A stretch of 61,110 bases of DNA, filler included, from a bacterium (GCA_024275095.1; 5 parts of 5 records of this genome joined end to end with filler, not necessarily neighbours in it), one strand, 5' to 3'; numbered from the whole stretch's first letter, positions 18,907-29,149 are shown. The notes: generated by a model not told the origin, from the letters alone. A program made the numbers and translations.

Positions 18907-21684
18907 ATGAAGAGGATTAAAGGAGGCAGAACCATGATAAATGCCGTGATAAAAAAAGCACTGGTGGCAGGTGCTGTTATTTGTATAATCTTGACAGGAG
19001 GAAACCTCGTTTTCGCCAAGGACAACGGTTTCCCTCTTGAGGTTCGCTTCAGCATGAAAAAATCGCCTTCTTTTTTCATTAAATCTTCAAAACCGGTTCC
19101 ATATACAGCATACAGGCTGCTTCAACCAGCAAGTGTGGTTATTGATTTGACGGATGGATATTTCACAAAAGAGGGACGTTTTAAGGTGAGGTCTCAGGGT
19201 ATTCAGTACGTGGAACTGAAGAACATAAAGCGTAACACGTATTTTTCTGCACAGATGATTATTGTAATGAGTACCCCCCTCGACTATGTCATCGATCGCA
19301 AGGGGAATATTCTGGTGGTGAAGTTGAGACGGATTCCCCCTGCTGTTACGCTCGACGGTGGTCCTGGCCTGGCCCAGGAGGAAGAAGTAATTGAAATCGC
19401 CGAGGCAGAAGATGTTGAAGAAGAATTTGAAGAGGCTGAAACACTGGGTGAGGAGATTCCGGAGAGTCCGGAAGAAGTAACTGAAGAAGCAGCTCCCGTG
19501 GCAGGTGAAGAGGTGGGTGAGGAAGGGGTTGCTGCAGAAGAAGTGACCGAGGAGGCTGTGCAAGAGGTGACAGAAGAAGTGCCTGCGGAGGAGGTAAAGG
19601 AAAAAGTCACTGCTCCTGAGGAAGCGCCTGCACTGGCGCGTGCAACAAAAATACTCGATGTGAAAACTTCTGTGGAGGGTGGCTTGACGGTGATTGAAAT
19701 AATCGGGAACGGTCCTATCGGCGATTACAATGCCTTTAAATTAGAGGGGCCCACCCGCATCGTGGTTGATATTCGAGACGTGGGCAATCTTTTCCCCTCA
19801 AACGAAATTCCTGTAAATACACCCGTAATCAGTAAAGTCAGGATCGGGCAGCATCCCGACAAGCTTCGTCTTGTAATGGATGTACAGGAAGGCGTTGAGC
19901 CGGCTTTTGAGGTGCAACGCATTGATAACAAGCTGGTATTACGAGTGGGTGAAGGCATTAAGGAGGAGAAAACCATAGAGGTCGCACAGGCACCTCCGGC
20001 AGAGGAAGAAGTTCCTGCGGAGGCGGTTACTGAAGAAGCAGCCCTCCCTGAAACTGCCCCCGAGGCAGTTACAAAAGCCCCTGAAGAGGTTACGGAAGAA
20101 CTGGCGGAAGAGGTGCCACCTGAGGTTGAAGAAACAACTGCTGAGGCAAAACCTGAAGTGGTAGAAGAAAAAGCAGCGCCTGCTGCTCCTGTGGCAGTTC
20201 CGCCAAAGGCTGAAGCAAAAGCGCAGGTGGCTCCCCAACCTGCGCCTGCACCGGCTGCGGCAGCAACTTTACCCACATCAACTCTGAAAAAACGTTCAAA
20301 ACTTATTCGCAGAGGAGAAAAACCCTATTTTGTATTTGAGCCAGAAGAACTGGGAATGCAAAAGGTGTACAAGGGACGCAAAATTTCTCTCGTGTTTAAG
20401 GACGCTGATATACGGGACGTGTTGAGGGTTATTGCAGAAGTAAGCAATATGAATATCATAGCAGGTGATGATGTAAAAGGTACCATCACCATCCGACTTA
20501 TTAATGTACCATGGGATCAGGCGCTCGATATTATTCTTCAGTCGCAGGGTCTTGGTATGGTGAAAATTGGTAATATTATCCGCATCGCCCCACTGGATAG
20601 ACTCCAGAAGGAGCGCGAACGGATATCTGAAGCCAAACGAAGCCTCGAGAAGGTTCAGGACCTTATAACCAAGTTGATTCCCGTCAACTATGCATCTGCC
20701 AAGGAGATGGAAGCAAAAGTCAAAAAGCTTCTTTCTGACCGCGGAAGTTTGGAGGTAGATGAACGCACCAACACTGTCATTATTAAAGATGTGCCCGCAG
20801 TAGTGGCTGAAGCCGAAAAACTTATCGAGTCCCTGGACCTGCAAACGCCACAAGTACTTATCAGCGCCCGCATCGTGGAGGTTCAGGATCGCTATACCAG
20901 AGAGCTTGGAATCCAGTGGGGCGGAGGTTTTGAGTCTTCCCCCCGGTATGGCAATTCCACAGGTCTCTTCTTCCCCAACACGATTAACATGTTTGGCACA
21001 GTGCCTCAAGGAGCTGGTGGTGGCGGCGGCGGTGGCGGCGGCGGTGCCGGTGGCGGCGGTGCCGGTGCCATGGCAGTGGGAGTACCTCAGAATCTTTTCG
21101 CGGTTAATTTGCCAGCGGCTGTAGGTATGGGCACCGGTGGAGCCATTGGGTTTGTTTTGGGAAGCATTAATAATTCGGCCATACTTGATTTGAGGCTTTC
21201 TGCACTGGAAAGCACGGGTAAAGGAAAGGTTATTTCCAGTCCTAAGATTTTGACCCTTGACAACCGTGAAGCGGAGATTAAACAAGGTATCTCCATACCT
21301 TATGAAACAGTTTCCCAGTCGGGAACTCAAACACAGTTTGTGGACGCAACGCTTTCACTTAAAGTGACACCCCATATAACAGCCGATCGCTCTGTAATCA
21401 TGAAGATCAAAATAGCAAAAAATGCACCTAATGAAGCGTTGAGAAGTGCCGGTGGTGTTCCCAGCATTGATAAAAAGGAAGCCCGCACAGAAATTCTTGT
21501 CAGGGATGGAGAAACCGCGGTTATCGGGGGAATTTACAAGATCGACAAATCCGAATCCCTTAGCGGAGTTCCACTACTTTCGCGGATACCTCTTATTGGA
21601 TGGTTGTTCAGAAAGAAAGCCCGCGCTGACAGCAAGACAGAATTGCTTGTGTTTATTACACCCAAGATTGTGGTAAGGCGCTGA
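18907..21684 (+). CDS. pilQ: Type IV pilus secretin PilQ (AMIN domains + secretin)
   Basis: AMIN domains (P.RIVVD, VRIGQH), YKGRKISLVFKDADIRDVL, VPWDQALD, VDERTN, LSALES, GVPLLSRIPLIGWLFR, ELLVFITPKIV; start may be ATG 18934. Confidence 0.96.
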   Translation: MKRIKGGRTMINAVIKKALVAGAVICIILTGGNLVFAKDNGFPLEVRFSMKKSPSFFIKSSKPVPYTAYRLLQPASVVIDLTDGYFTKEGRFKVRSQGIQYVELKNIKRNTYFSAQMIIVMSTPLDYVIDRKGNILVVKLRRIPPAVTLDGGPGLAQEEEVIEIAEAEDVEEEFEEAETLGEEIPESPEEVTEEAAPVAGEEVGEEGVAAEEVTEEAVQEVTEEVPAEEVKEKVTAPEEAPALARATKILDVKTSVEGGLTVIEIIGNGPIGDYNAFKLEGPTRIVVDIRDVGNLFPSNEIPVNTPVISKVRIGQHPDKLRLVMDVQEGVEPAFEVQRIDNKLVLRVGEGIKEEKTIEVAQAPPAEEEVPAEAVTEEAALPETAPEAVTKAPEEVTEELAEEVPPEVEETTAEAKPEVVEEKAAPAAPVAVPPKAEAKAQVAPQPAPAPAAAATLPTSTLKKRSKLIRRGEKPYFVFEPEELGMQKVYKGRKISLVFKDADIRDVLRVIAEVSNMNIIAGDDVKGTITIRLINVPWDQALDIILQSQGLGMVKIGNIIRIAPLDRLQKERERISEAKRSLEKVQDLITKLIPVNYASAKEMEAKVKKLLSDRGSLEVDERTNTVIIKDVPAVVAEAEKLIESLDLQTPQVLISARIVEVQDRYTRELGIQWGGGFESSPRYGNSTGLFFPNTINMFGTVPQGAGGGGGGGGGGAGGGGAGAMAVGVPQNLFAVNLPAAVGMGTGGAIGFVLGSINNSAILDLRLSALESTGKGKVISSPKILTLDNREAEIKQGISIPYETVSQSGTQTQFVDATLSLKVTPHITADRSVIMKIKIAKNAPNEALRSAGGVPSIDKKEARTEILVRDGETAVIGGIYKIDKSESLSGVPLLSRIPLIGWLFRKKARADSKTELLVFITPKIVVRR
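21016..21069 (+). repeat. GGT/GGC triplet tract encoding poly-Gly inside pilQ
   Basis: Encodes GGGGGGGGGGAGGGGAGA. Confidence 0.9.
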
Positions 21685-21695
21685 ACTGAAGAGGA

Positions 21696-22913
21696 GTGGA
21701 AATTTCGCCATTTTTTTTTGTGACAGCAGGTGAGTCACACGGGCAGGGAATTTGTGTAATTGTTTCAGGGGTGCCATCAGGTATACCCGTGGCTGAAGAG
21801 TACTTACGAAAAGCTCTGACAAGACGACGTCTGGGGTATGGACGGGGCCCCCGGATGAGACTGGAAGCTGATGAATTTACCATTACGGGTGGTTTGAGAG
21901 GTGGGGTGACTACTGGAAATCCTTTTTCCGTGATTGTATGGAATACGGAAAGAGAAAAATGGTCAAAGCTCATGTCTCCTTTTGTCCCGGACGAAAGTGA
22001 AAGAATTACTCGTCCCCGACCTGGACATGCAGACCTGGCGGGTTTTTTGAAATTCGGATACAGAAGTATTCGGGATGTAATTGAACGTGCGTCCGCGCGG
22101 GAAACAGCAGCACGTGCAGTCGCTGCTGTTATTTGTTCGAATTTTCTCCAGCTTTTTGGAGTGAAAGTGATAGGTTTTGTCACCTCAATTGGTAATGTTA
22201 AAGCAGATGACATTCCGACTTCTGTGGAAGAGCTGGAAAAGCGGGTTGTAGCTTCTGAACTTTTCTGTCCTGACCCTGCTATAGAAGAAGATATGAAAAG
22301 AGAAATTGATGCTGCTGCAGAGGCAGGTGATACAATAGGAGGTACGATCAAAGTAAAAGCGTATAATGTACCCCCTGGTCTGGGCTCTTACGACCAGTGG
22401 TTTAAGCGGCTGGATGCTCGACTGGCTATGGCGGTAATGAGTATCCCGGGCATTAAAGGAGTTGAAATCGGAGCTGGTTTTCAGTATGCAACTGTGCGGG
22501 GGTCTCAAATCCACGACGAAATACAGCCCCGTGGACCTATCAGAAGTTATGGTGAAGAAGAAACCCTGCTGTGGAATGATGTAAAGTGGTTTGAGAGACT
22601 TTCTAATAACGCAGGCGGAATCGAAGGTGGAGTAAGCAACGGGGAAATCATTGAACTTTCTGCTGTAATGAAACCCATTCCCACGCTTAAAAAATCCTTG
22701 AGAACTGTTGATTTAAGTACAGGTGAAGCTGCGCTTGCTCATTATGAACGCTCCGACGTATGTGTGGTACCTGCTGCAGCATATGTGTGCGAATGCATGG
22801 TAAAAATTGTGCTCGCGGCAGCATTTCTCGAAAAATTTGGTGGCGATTCGGTTCGGGACGTGAGAGCGGCTTACCATGCTTATCTTTCCAGGTTAAAAGA
22901 GGTGCGGTTTTGA
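21696..22913 (+). CDS. aroC: Chorismate synthase
   Basis: TAGESHG, RPRPGHADL, ERASARETA, NNAGGIEGG, MKPIPTL, ERSDVC. Confidence 0.97.
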   Translation: MEISPFFFVTAGESHGQGICVIVSGVPSGIPVAEEYLRKALTRRRLGYGRGPRMRLEADEFTITGGLRGGVTTGNPFSVIVWNTEREKWSKLMSPFVPDESERITRPRPGHADLAGFLKFGYRSIRDVIERASARETAARAVAAVICSNFLQLFGVKVIGFVTSIGNVKADDIPTSVEELEKRVVASELFCPDPAIEEDMKREIDAAAEAGDTIGGTIKVKAYNVPPGLGSYDQWFKRLDARLAMAVMSIPGIKGVEIGAGFQYATVRGSQIHDEIQPRGPIRSYGEEETLLWNDVKWFERLSNNAGGIEGGVSNGEIIELSAVMKPIPTLKKSLRTVDLSTGEAALAHYERSDVCVVPAAAYVCECMVKIVLAAAFLEKFGGDSVRDVRAAYHAYLSRLKEVRF

Positions 22914-24470
22914 ATATAGTATTCGTCGGCATTTCAGGTTCGGGCAAAAGCACAGTGGGCAGGTTTCTCGCTCGCCGCAGAGGTGTGAAATTCGTTGATA
23001 CCGACCGGCTTGTTGAACGACGGGAAGGCAGGAAGATTCACGAAATTTTTAAAACGAAAGGAGAAAAATATTTCCGAAAAGTGGAAAAAGAGATTGTGAT
23101 AAGGGCTCTTGAAAAAGCCAACGTGGTGGTCTCCTTGGGTGGTGGTGCAGTAGAAGATAGGGATGTTCGAAATATGCTCAAAAAAAAAACACGATATGGT
23201 TGAGGGTGGAAGTGGATAGGGCTATAGAGAGATTGCAAAAAACACGGGAAGTTCGCCCACTTCTGAGAAACAATCCTCGTGAACAGCTCGAGAACCTTTT
23301 AAACAAGCGCCGGCCACTTTACCGGGAGGTTGCGAGGTATGAGGTTTTTTCCAAAGATGATATTGAACGCACAGTCCTGGAAATAGAAGGGCTTCTTTCT
23401 GGTGAGATATATTCCAGAATTCTTTTAAACCATGCAAACGGAGTTACGTGCATTGACGTGGCAGATAATTATTACAAAGCATTAAGGTCTTCACCTGTGA
23501 AAGGAAAGGGTGCTTTCGTGGTGATTTCTCGACGTGTCGCCCGTCTTTACCCTTCGATCGCAAAACATCTGCAAAGTGTTTTCAGTATTAAGGGTGTATA
23601 TCAACTTCCTGATGGTGAACGATATAAGAACCTTCGTTCCCTATCGCTCATCTATAACGCGATGGCAAATGCAGGAGTGGACAGGTCGGATGTTCTCATT
23701 GCTGTGGGTGGGGGCGTGGTTGGAGATACCGCTGGGTTTGCCGCCTCTACTTATATGCGGGGCATCAGATGGACGGTTGTTCCCACAACCCTGCTTGCTC
23801 AGGTTGATTCCAGTATCGGCGGTAAGACCGGAATTAATACTTCCCGGGCCAAGAACATAATCGGTGCTTTCTGGCAGCCGGAACACGTTGTCGCAGGTAT
23901 TGATTTTCTTGGCACCCTCCACCACGGGTATACCGTTCCGGTCTTGCAGAGGTGGTGAAATACGGGGCCATTCGTAATGCAGAGTTCTTCAGGTTTCTCG
24001 AAGATCATACCGAAGAACTCTTAAATCGAGAGAAGGAGTTGCTACTTCACGCTGTGGCTGTTTCTGCAAAAATTAAAGCATCGGTGGTAGAAGAAGATGA
24101 ACGGGAAGAAAGCGGTCTCAGGCGCATTCTCAATTTTGGACACACTCTGGGCCACGTGATAGAGAGCGTTTACGGGTATCGCCATTTTTATCATGGAGAG
24201 GCGGTGGCTGAAGGGATGAAGGTCGCTTCTCGTGTGTCTGAAAAAATTGGTCTTGCACAAAAAGGTACGTCCGAACGCGTGGAAACTCTTTTAAGGGCTT
24301 TTAAATTTAACCGATCATTTGAACTGAAAGACATAGAGAAACACCTGTGGCTCGACAAGAAGGTGGAAGGAAGTAAAATTCATTTTGTGGGTCTCAGGCG
24401 TGTAGGGGAAGCCCAAATTGTTTCCATACCCGTTAATGAGCTGATAAAATTAATGCGGGAGGTGTGGTGA
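22910..24470 (+). pseudogene. aroKB: Fused shikimate kinase/3-dehydroquinate synthase (AroK-AroB) split by two single-base frameshifts (probably sequencing errors)
   Basis: TTG 22910 GISGSGKST...GEKYFR...SLGGG; shift at A10 run 23180-23189; RPLL, then AroB GGGVVGD, PTTLLAQVDSSIGGKTGIN; shift near 23920; SGLAEVVKYG, LNFGHTLGH, HGEAV, DKK. Confidence 0.88.
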
Positions 24471-24471
24471 A

Positions 24472-24948
24472 ATGAAGAAGATAATATTGAGCTTGGTTGT
24501 CACAATTTTTATTTTTGCAGGATGTGGTAGTACAAATCCTAATGTTTCATTGGTTGTAGAACCAGACAGTTATACTTTTAATAAAGTAAGCAATTTAAGT
24601 AATATTAGCGCACCCTTTGTACTTAGAGTGCTTGATAAGACCCAGGAAGAACCGCTCCCTTTAGAGAATTATAAAATTATTGCAGAAAGTCCTTTTGTAT
24701 ATGGAACGGGAGAAGGTTGTACAAATGACAAGAATAATGCGTGGGGAGAATTTCATTATCCTGACGGGACAACTGCTGACTGTCCGGCAGAACTTTATAC
24801 TGATTCACATGGAGAAGCCCGAATTGTTTTTGTATTTTACCCTCGAACTATAACAGAACAGATAGAGTTTGATATTTCTTTTTACATCAAGGGAGGTGTA
24901 ACACAGGACTTTTATAAAATTGTGGAGATTTCTGCATCACCAGATTAA
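24472..24948 (+). CDS. Hypothetical lipoprotein
   Basis: MKKIILSLVVTIFIFAGC lipobox; SD GGAGGT; visibly AT-rich. Confidence 0.8.
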   Translation: MKKIILSLVVTIFIFAGCGSTNPNVSLVVEPDSYTFNKVSNLSNISAPFVLRVLDKTQEEPLPLENYKIIAESPFVYGTGEGCTNDKNNAWGEFHYPDGTTADCPAELYTDSHGEARIVFVFYPRTITEQIEFDISFYIKGGVTQDFYKIVEISASPD

Positions 24949-24973
24949 TTGAGGTAAGGACAGAGCTGAGGCC

Positions 24974-25330
24974 ATGTTCAAAGAAATACTTAATGAAATT
25001 TTCAAAAATGTCGAAGGTGTGCTTTCCGTTGTGATTGCGGGTAACGATGGCATACCTGTTGAGACAGTAGAAAAAGAGAGTATTCCCTTGGGCTCGGAAG
25101 TGGTAACTGCGGAGATGACCAATATTATTCGCAGTGTCAGTGATTTTCTGAATGCCACCCAGGGAGGAGCGCCCGAGGAGGTGGTTATTAAAACAGAACG
25201 CTACATTATTGTTGTTCGCGTTATTAACGAAGACTATTTTGCCCTTGTGCTTCTTGATTACAGGGGCAACCTGGGAAAATCGAGGTATCTCCTCAGGCGA
25301 GCCGTGGACAGGCTCCAGAAGGAGTTTTGA
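24974..25330 (+). CDS. Roadblock/LC7 domain protein
   Basis: VEGVLSVVIAGNDGIPVE...GNLGKSRYLL; 118 aa. Confidence 0.85.
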   Translation: MFKEILNEIFKNVEGVLSVVIAGNDGIPVETVEKESIPLGSEVVTAEMTNIIRSVSDFLNATQGGAPEEVVIKTERYIIVVRVINEDYFALVLLDYRGNLGKSRYLLRRAVDRLQKEF

Positions 25331-25339
25331 TGGGGCAAT

Positions 25340-26437
25340 ATGCCCGTTGCTTCATCTTTCATTTATGAACGCATAGCTCCTTTTCTGTCTGAAAGCAGGC
25401 GCGTAAGGGCTTTTGTATGTTTTTCTCCTGTCAACGTGTACTGGGCGTCCCGCTTCCGCAGTACGTCGTGTGTTTTGTTGGTGGAGAGAGGAAGCAATGT
25501 TTATGTGTTTACTGATTCCCGCTACGAAGAAAGGGCATGTTCCCACTTCTTGGATGCTCGTGTGATGGTGGGCAAGCATGGTGCATTGCAGGAATTTTTG
25601 AATTTTTTGAAGAAAAGGAACAGGTGGCATATCGCACTGGACTCCGATGAGCTTACGGGTAGTGAACTGCTTGCGGTACAGGAAGCGTTAAGAGAACGAA
25701 TGCATATTCAAAAGGGACTGTGGCGTAAAATGAGAGCATTTAAAACCGACGAAGAAATCTTTATGCTCGAAAAAGCCTATAAAAAGCACAAGCCAGTAAT
25801 TAATGCTCTTCTCGAGTTTCTTTCTTGTGGCCCTGTACCCCGTTCTGAACATGAAATATCTCTGTTCTTGAAGAGGAAACTGCTGGAAGCAGGATTTGAC
25901 AACTGGTCATTCGAGCCGATGGTTCTTTCAGGAAAACGCACGTCATGTCCTCACGGAGAGAATTCGCGCAATTCTATATCCCGGAAAGGTCCTTTCTTGA
26001 TTGATTTCGGCGGTGTTTTCAGTGGATGGTGTAGTGATGAAACCATTATGATTTATTCGGATGAAACAGGAGCACGGCGTTTTAAGGATTACCATCTGGC
26101 ACTTAAAGAAGCGATGGATACTGCAATTGATATGATAAAGCCGGGGGTGCGATGCAGTGATGTTGACGCTGTGGCACGGGCGGTTTTAAAAAAGTACAAA
26201 CTGGCGGACCACTTCACACACGGCCTTGGACACGGTGTCGGTCTTGAAGTACACGAGGAGCCGATTGTGAATTCACGGTCGGAGATCGTTCTGGAGAGAG
26301 GGATGGTTTTTACAATAGAACCGGGCGTTTATTTCTCCGGGCGCTTCGGATTGAGGCTGGAAAGTACGGTGGTTGTGGAGAGAAACGGTGCTCGGGTAAT
26401 ATCTACCATTTCCAAGAATCCTTTGATGTTGAGGTGA
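25340..26437 (+). CDS. Xaa-Pro aminopeptidase (M24 family)
   Basis: TDSRY, IDFG...CSD, HGLGHGVGLEVHEEP, FTIEPGVY, GLRLE. Confidence 0.92.
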   Translation: MPVASSFIYERIAPFLSESRRVRAFVCFSPVNVYWASRFRSTSCVLLVERGSNVYVFTDSRYEERACSHFLDARVMVGKHGALQEFLNFLKKRNRWHIALDSDELTGSELLAVQEALRERMHIQKGLWRKMRAFKTDEEIFMLEKAYKKHKPVINALLEFLSCGPVPRSEHEISLFLKRKLLEAGFDNWSFEPMVLSGKRTSCPHGENSRNSISRKGPFLIDFGGVFSGWCSDETIMIYSDETGARRFKDYHLALKEAMDTAIDMIKPGVRCSDVDAVARAVLKKYKLADHFTHGLGHGVGLEVHEEPIVNSRSEIVLERGMVFTIEPGVYFSGRFGLRLESTVVVERNGARVISTISKNPLMLR

Positions 26438-26440
26438 ACC

Positions 26441-26899
26441 ATGGACAGGGAAAAAATTCGAGAGATTATAACCGGGCTTCTCGAAACCATCAGAGGGACG
26501 GACGTGGAGGAAGTTGAGGTGGAAAGTGAAGGAATGCGGGTGCGCATAAAACGCAGAGAAAGAGGTAAAAAGGTGGTTCGTGACGTTGAGAAAGCACCTC
26601 AGGAAAGTGCCTTGGAAGAGGCTGAAGTACAGGATATGGAGGAGGAATGGGAAAATTGCCATATTGTCAGATCGCCTTTTGTCGGCACTTTTTACCGGGC
26701 ACCATCCCCTGGAGCACAGCCGTTTGTGGAAGTAGGCGATTCGGTCAAAAAGGGACAGGTGCTTTGCATTGTAGAAGCAATGAAAATTATGAATGAGGTT
26801 GAGTGTGATGTAAGTGGTCGAGTGGTGCATGTCTTCGTGAAGAATGGGGAGCCCGTAGAATACAACCAGCCGCTCTTTGCCATCGAAGCGGGGGAGTGA
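26441..26899 (+). CDS. accB: Acetyl-CoA carboxylase biotin carboxyl carrier protein
   Basis: [21 protein letters not shown] biotinylation motif. Confidence 0.96.
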   Translation: MDREKIREIITGLLETIRGTDVEEVEVESEGMRVRIKRRERGKKVVRDVEKAPQESALEEAEVQDMEEEWENCHIVRSPFVGTFYRAPSPGAQPFVEVGDSVKKGQVLCIVEAMKIMNEVECDVSGRVVHVFVKNGEPVEYNQPLFAIEAGE

Positions 26900-28239
26900 T
26901 GTTTGAGAAAGTTCTTATCGCCAATCGCGGTGAAATCGCGGTGCGTATTATTCGATCGCTTCGAGACATGGGAATTACATCTGTTGCAGTTTATGCTGTA
27001 AACGAGAAGAACGCCCTTCACGTTGCTCTTGCAGATGAAGCAGTGTGTATCGGGCCCGAGCCTCTGTCAGAGAGTTATCTCAAAGTGCCCAACATTCTCT
27101 CTGCAGCTGAAATCACAGGCGCGGATGCGGTGCATCCGGGTTACGGCTTGCTGGCAGAAAATCCGGACTTTGCAGAGGCATGCATTCAATCCGGCTTCGT
27201 GTTTATAGGGCCCCAACCGGAAATCATCGCAAGCCTGGGTGATAAAATCAAAGCGCGTCACGTGGCAAAAAAAGTGGGTGTGCCGGTTGTCCCTGGAAGT
27301 GAGGGACCTGTTAAAGATGAAAGAGAGGTCAGGAATATTGCCGATGAGCTGGGTTATCCATTGATCCTCAAGGCTGCCCATGGTGGTGGTGGAAGGGGAA
27401 TGAAGCTGGTAACATCCCCGGGCTCTCTTTCGTCAGCCTTTCAACTTGCCCAGGTCGAGGCGGAGGCTGCATTTGGAAGTGGTGAAATTTTTGTTGAAAA
27501 GTACTTCGAACCGGCCAGGCACATTGAGGTTCAGGTGTTTGGTGATGGAAAGGGAGGAGTTATATGCTTGGGAGACCGTGATTGTTCTGTGCAGAGGCGG
27601 AATCAGAAAATTGTGGAAGAAGCTCCTGCTCCCTTTCTTTCGTGGGAGGTGAGAAAGCGGATCTGGAATGATGCGGTTAAGCTCGCCGCTCACTTGAAAT
27701 ATCTCAATGCCGGAACGGTTGAATTTCTCGTGGATGAAGAAGGAAACCATTATTTTCTGGAGATGAACACGCGCATTCAGGTAGAACACCCCGTAACGGA
27801 AATAATCACCGGTACAGATATTGTAAAAGCTCAGGTACTTATTGCGGCAAACGAAGATCCCGGAATATCAAGCCTTGATGAGCCGCCAAATGTTCACGCT
27901 CTTGAATGTCGCATCAATGCAGAGGACCCTTATTCATTTGCCCCTTCTCCCGGTGTGGTTGAAGATTTTCATTTTCCGGGAGGACCTTACGTGCGTGTTG
28001 ACACCGCTCTGCTCAGAAACCAGATGGTGTCGCCGGTATATGACCCTCTTCTTGCAAAAGTCATCACGTGGGGAGAGAATCGTGAACAAGCGATTGAGCG
28101 TATGAAGCGGGCCCTCGCAGAAACACGGGTTTCAGGTGTAAAGATTAATGTCCCCTTTTTGCTGAAGTTGCTTGAGTTTCAGGATTTTGTTCGCGGCCCT
28201 CTTTCCACACGCATGGTGGAGAAAGTGCTGGTGTCTTGA
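26899..28239 (+). CDS. accC: Biotin carboxylase
   Basis: [45 protein letters not shown]; follows accB. Confidence 0.95.
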   Translation: MFEKVLIANRGEIAVRIIRSLRDMGITSVAVYAVNEKNALHVALADEAVCIGPEPLSESYLKVPNILSAAEITGADAVHPGYGLLAENPDFAEACIQSGFVFIGPQPEIIASLGDKIKARHVAKKVGVPVVPGSEGPVKDEREVRNIADELGYPLILKAAHGGGGRGMKLVTSPGSLSSAFQLAQVEAEAAFGSGEIFVEKYFEPARHIEVQVFGDGKGGVICLGDRDCSVQRRNQKIVEEAPAPFLSWEVRKRIWNDAVKLAAHLKYLNAGTVEFLVDEEGNHYFLEMNTRIQVEHPVTEIITGTDIVKAQVLIAANEDPGISSLDEPPNVHALECRINAEDPYSFAPSPGVVEDFHFPGGPYVRVDTALLRNQMVSPVYDPLLAKVITWGENREQAIERMKRALAETRVSGVKINVPFLLKLLEFQDFVRGPLSTRMVEKVLVS

Positions 28240-28889
28240 GCGTTCAAAAAATCCATTATCAGCGCATATTGTGGCAGGATTATCTTTATCTGAAGCGTTA
28301 CATTTACAACAGCCGAGCATTTGTACTTCCATCCGGCTTTGTGAGTGTCGGATTTGTAATGGGCCGGCGCGTAAAGATACCAGAGGAACTTTCTGACCAG
28401 AACGTGCTTGTTCGACCTACAGGGGGGGGGCTTGTAATCCACGGATGCGATGTTTGTTTTGGTTTTTCTGTTCCCGGTGTTGTTCATAATAAACTTGACA
28501 GGAGAGAGGTTTATAAAACGATTGCCGAAGTAATATCAAAATTTTTGGAATTAGAGTTTGCAATTTCAGCAGAAATGACCACGGAGGTTCGGCAGGAGGG
28601 CCTGTTTTGTCAGGACATGCACAGCTACGGGGAACTTATGGTAAAAGGCCGGAAAATATGCGGTATGGCTTTGAGAATATGGCGGAAGGGGTTTGTGTTG
28701 CAGGGCACGCTCAACGTGTTACCCTGGACGTCCCATCCACTTTCGGACAGGACAGCGCTTCAGAACGTATTTATAAAATCAATTTCTATTTCTGAAATTT
28801 GTATGAACAACACATCTGTTCTGCAGGTGTCACGTATGCTTGAGCAGTATTTAAACACAAAAAAGTTTTCATTTTTGAAGTATACTTGA
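28236..28889 (+). CDS. Lipoate-protein ligase/octanoyltransferase family protein
   Basis: VRPTGGGLVIHG and GRKICGMA motifs; TTG start overlapping accC stop. Confidence 0.75.
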   Translation: MSVQKIHYQRILWQDYLYLKRYIYNSRAFVLPSGFVSVGFVMGRRVKIPEELSDQNVLVRPTGGGLVIHGCDVCFGFSVPGVVHNKLDRREVYKTIAEVISKFLELEFAISAEMTTEVRQEGLFCQDMHSYGELMVKGRKICGMALRIWRKGFVLQGTLNVLPWTSHPLSDRTALQNVFIKSISISEICMNNTSVLQVSRMLEQYLNTKKFSFLKYT

Positions 28890-28898
28890 CAAAAAAAA

Positions 28899-28927
28899 TT
28901 GACCTGAATTAACTTTTTGGTCATAAT
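28899..28927 (+). promoter_or_regulatory. Sigma70-type promoter with overlapping inverted repeat
   Basis: TTGACC-17 nt-CATAAT; TGACC-N14-GGTCA dyad. Confidence 0.55.
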
Positions 28928-29006
28928 TACATCCTCAATCATGAAGAAGGGAGAGTATAGCTATGATTTTGATGGACTTTAAGTGTGGTTGTTGATGTTT
29001 CTTTTG

Positions 29007-29040
29007 AATAAAAAACCCCCAATATTGGGGGTTTTTTATT
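29007..29040 (+). terminator. Rho-independent (bidirectional) terminator
   Basis: Perfect 34-bp palindrome AATAAAAAACCCCCAAT-ATTGGGGGTTTTTTATT. Confidence 0.85.
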
Positions 29041-29049
29041 TTTACAAAA

Positions 29050-29149
29050 NNNNNNNNNNNNNNNNNNNNNNNNNNNNNNNNNNNNNNNNNNNNTTAATTA
29101 ATTAANNNNNNNNNNNNNNNNNNNNNNNNNNNNNNNNNNNNNNNNNNNN
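29050..29149. other. Artificial contig spacer
   Basis: N-run with TTAATTAATTAA (stops in all frames). Confidence 0.99.

Noticed and set aside
20296-21330. 344-aa antisense ORF in pilQ, and similar long antisense ORFs (15041-15913, 39411-40217, 56552-57337, 11747-12526)
   Set aside because: Shadow frames of well-supported genes with no motifs or RBS.
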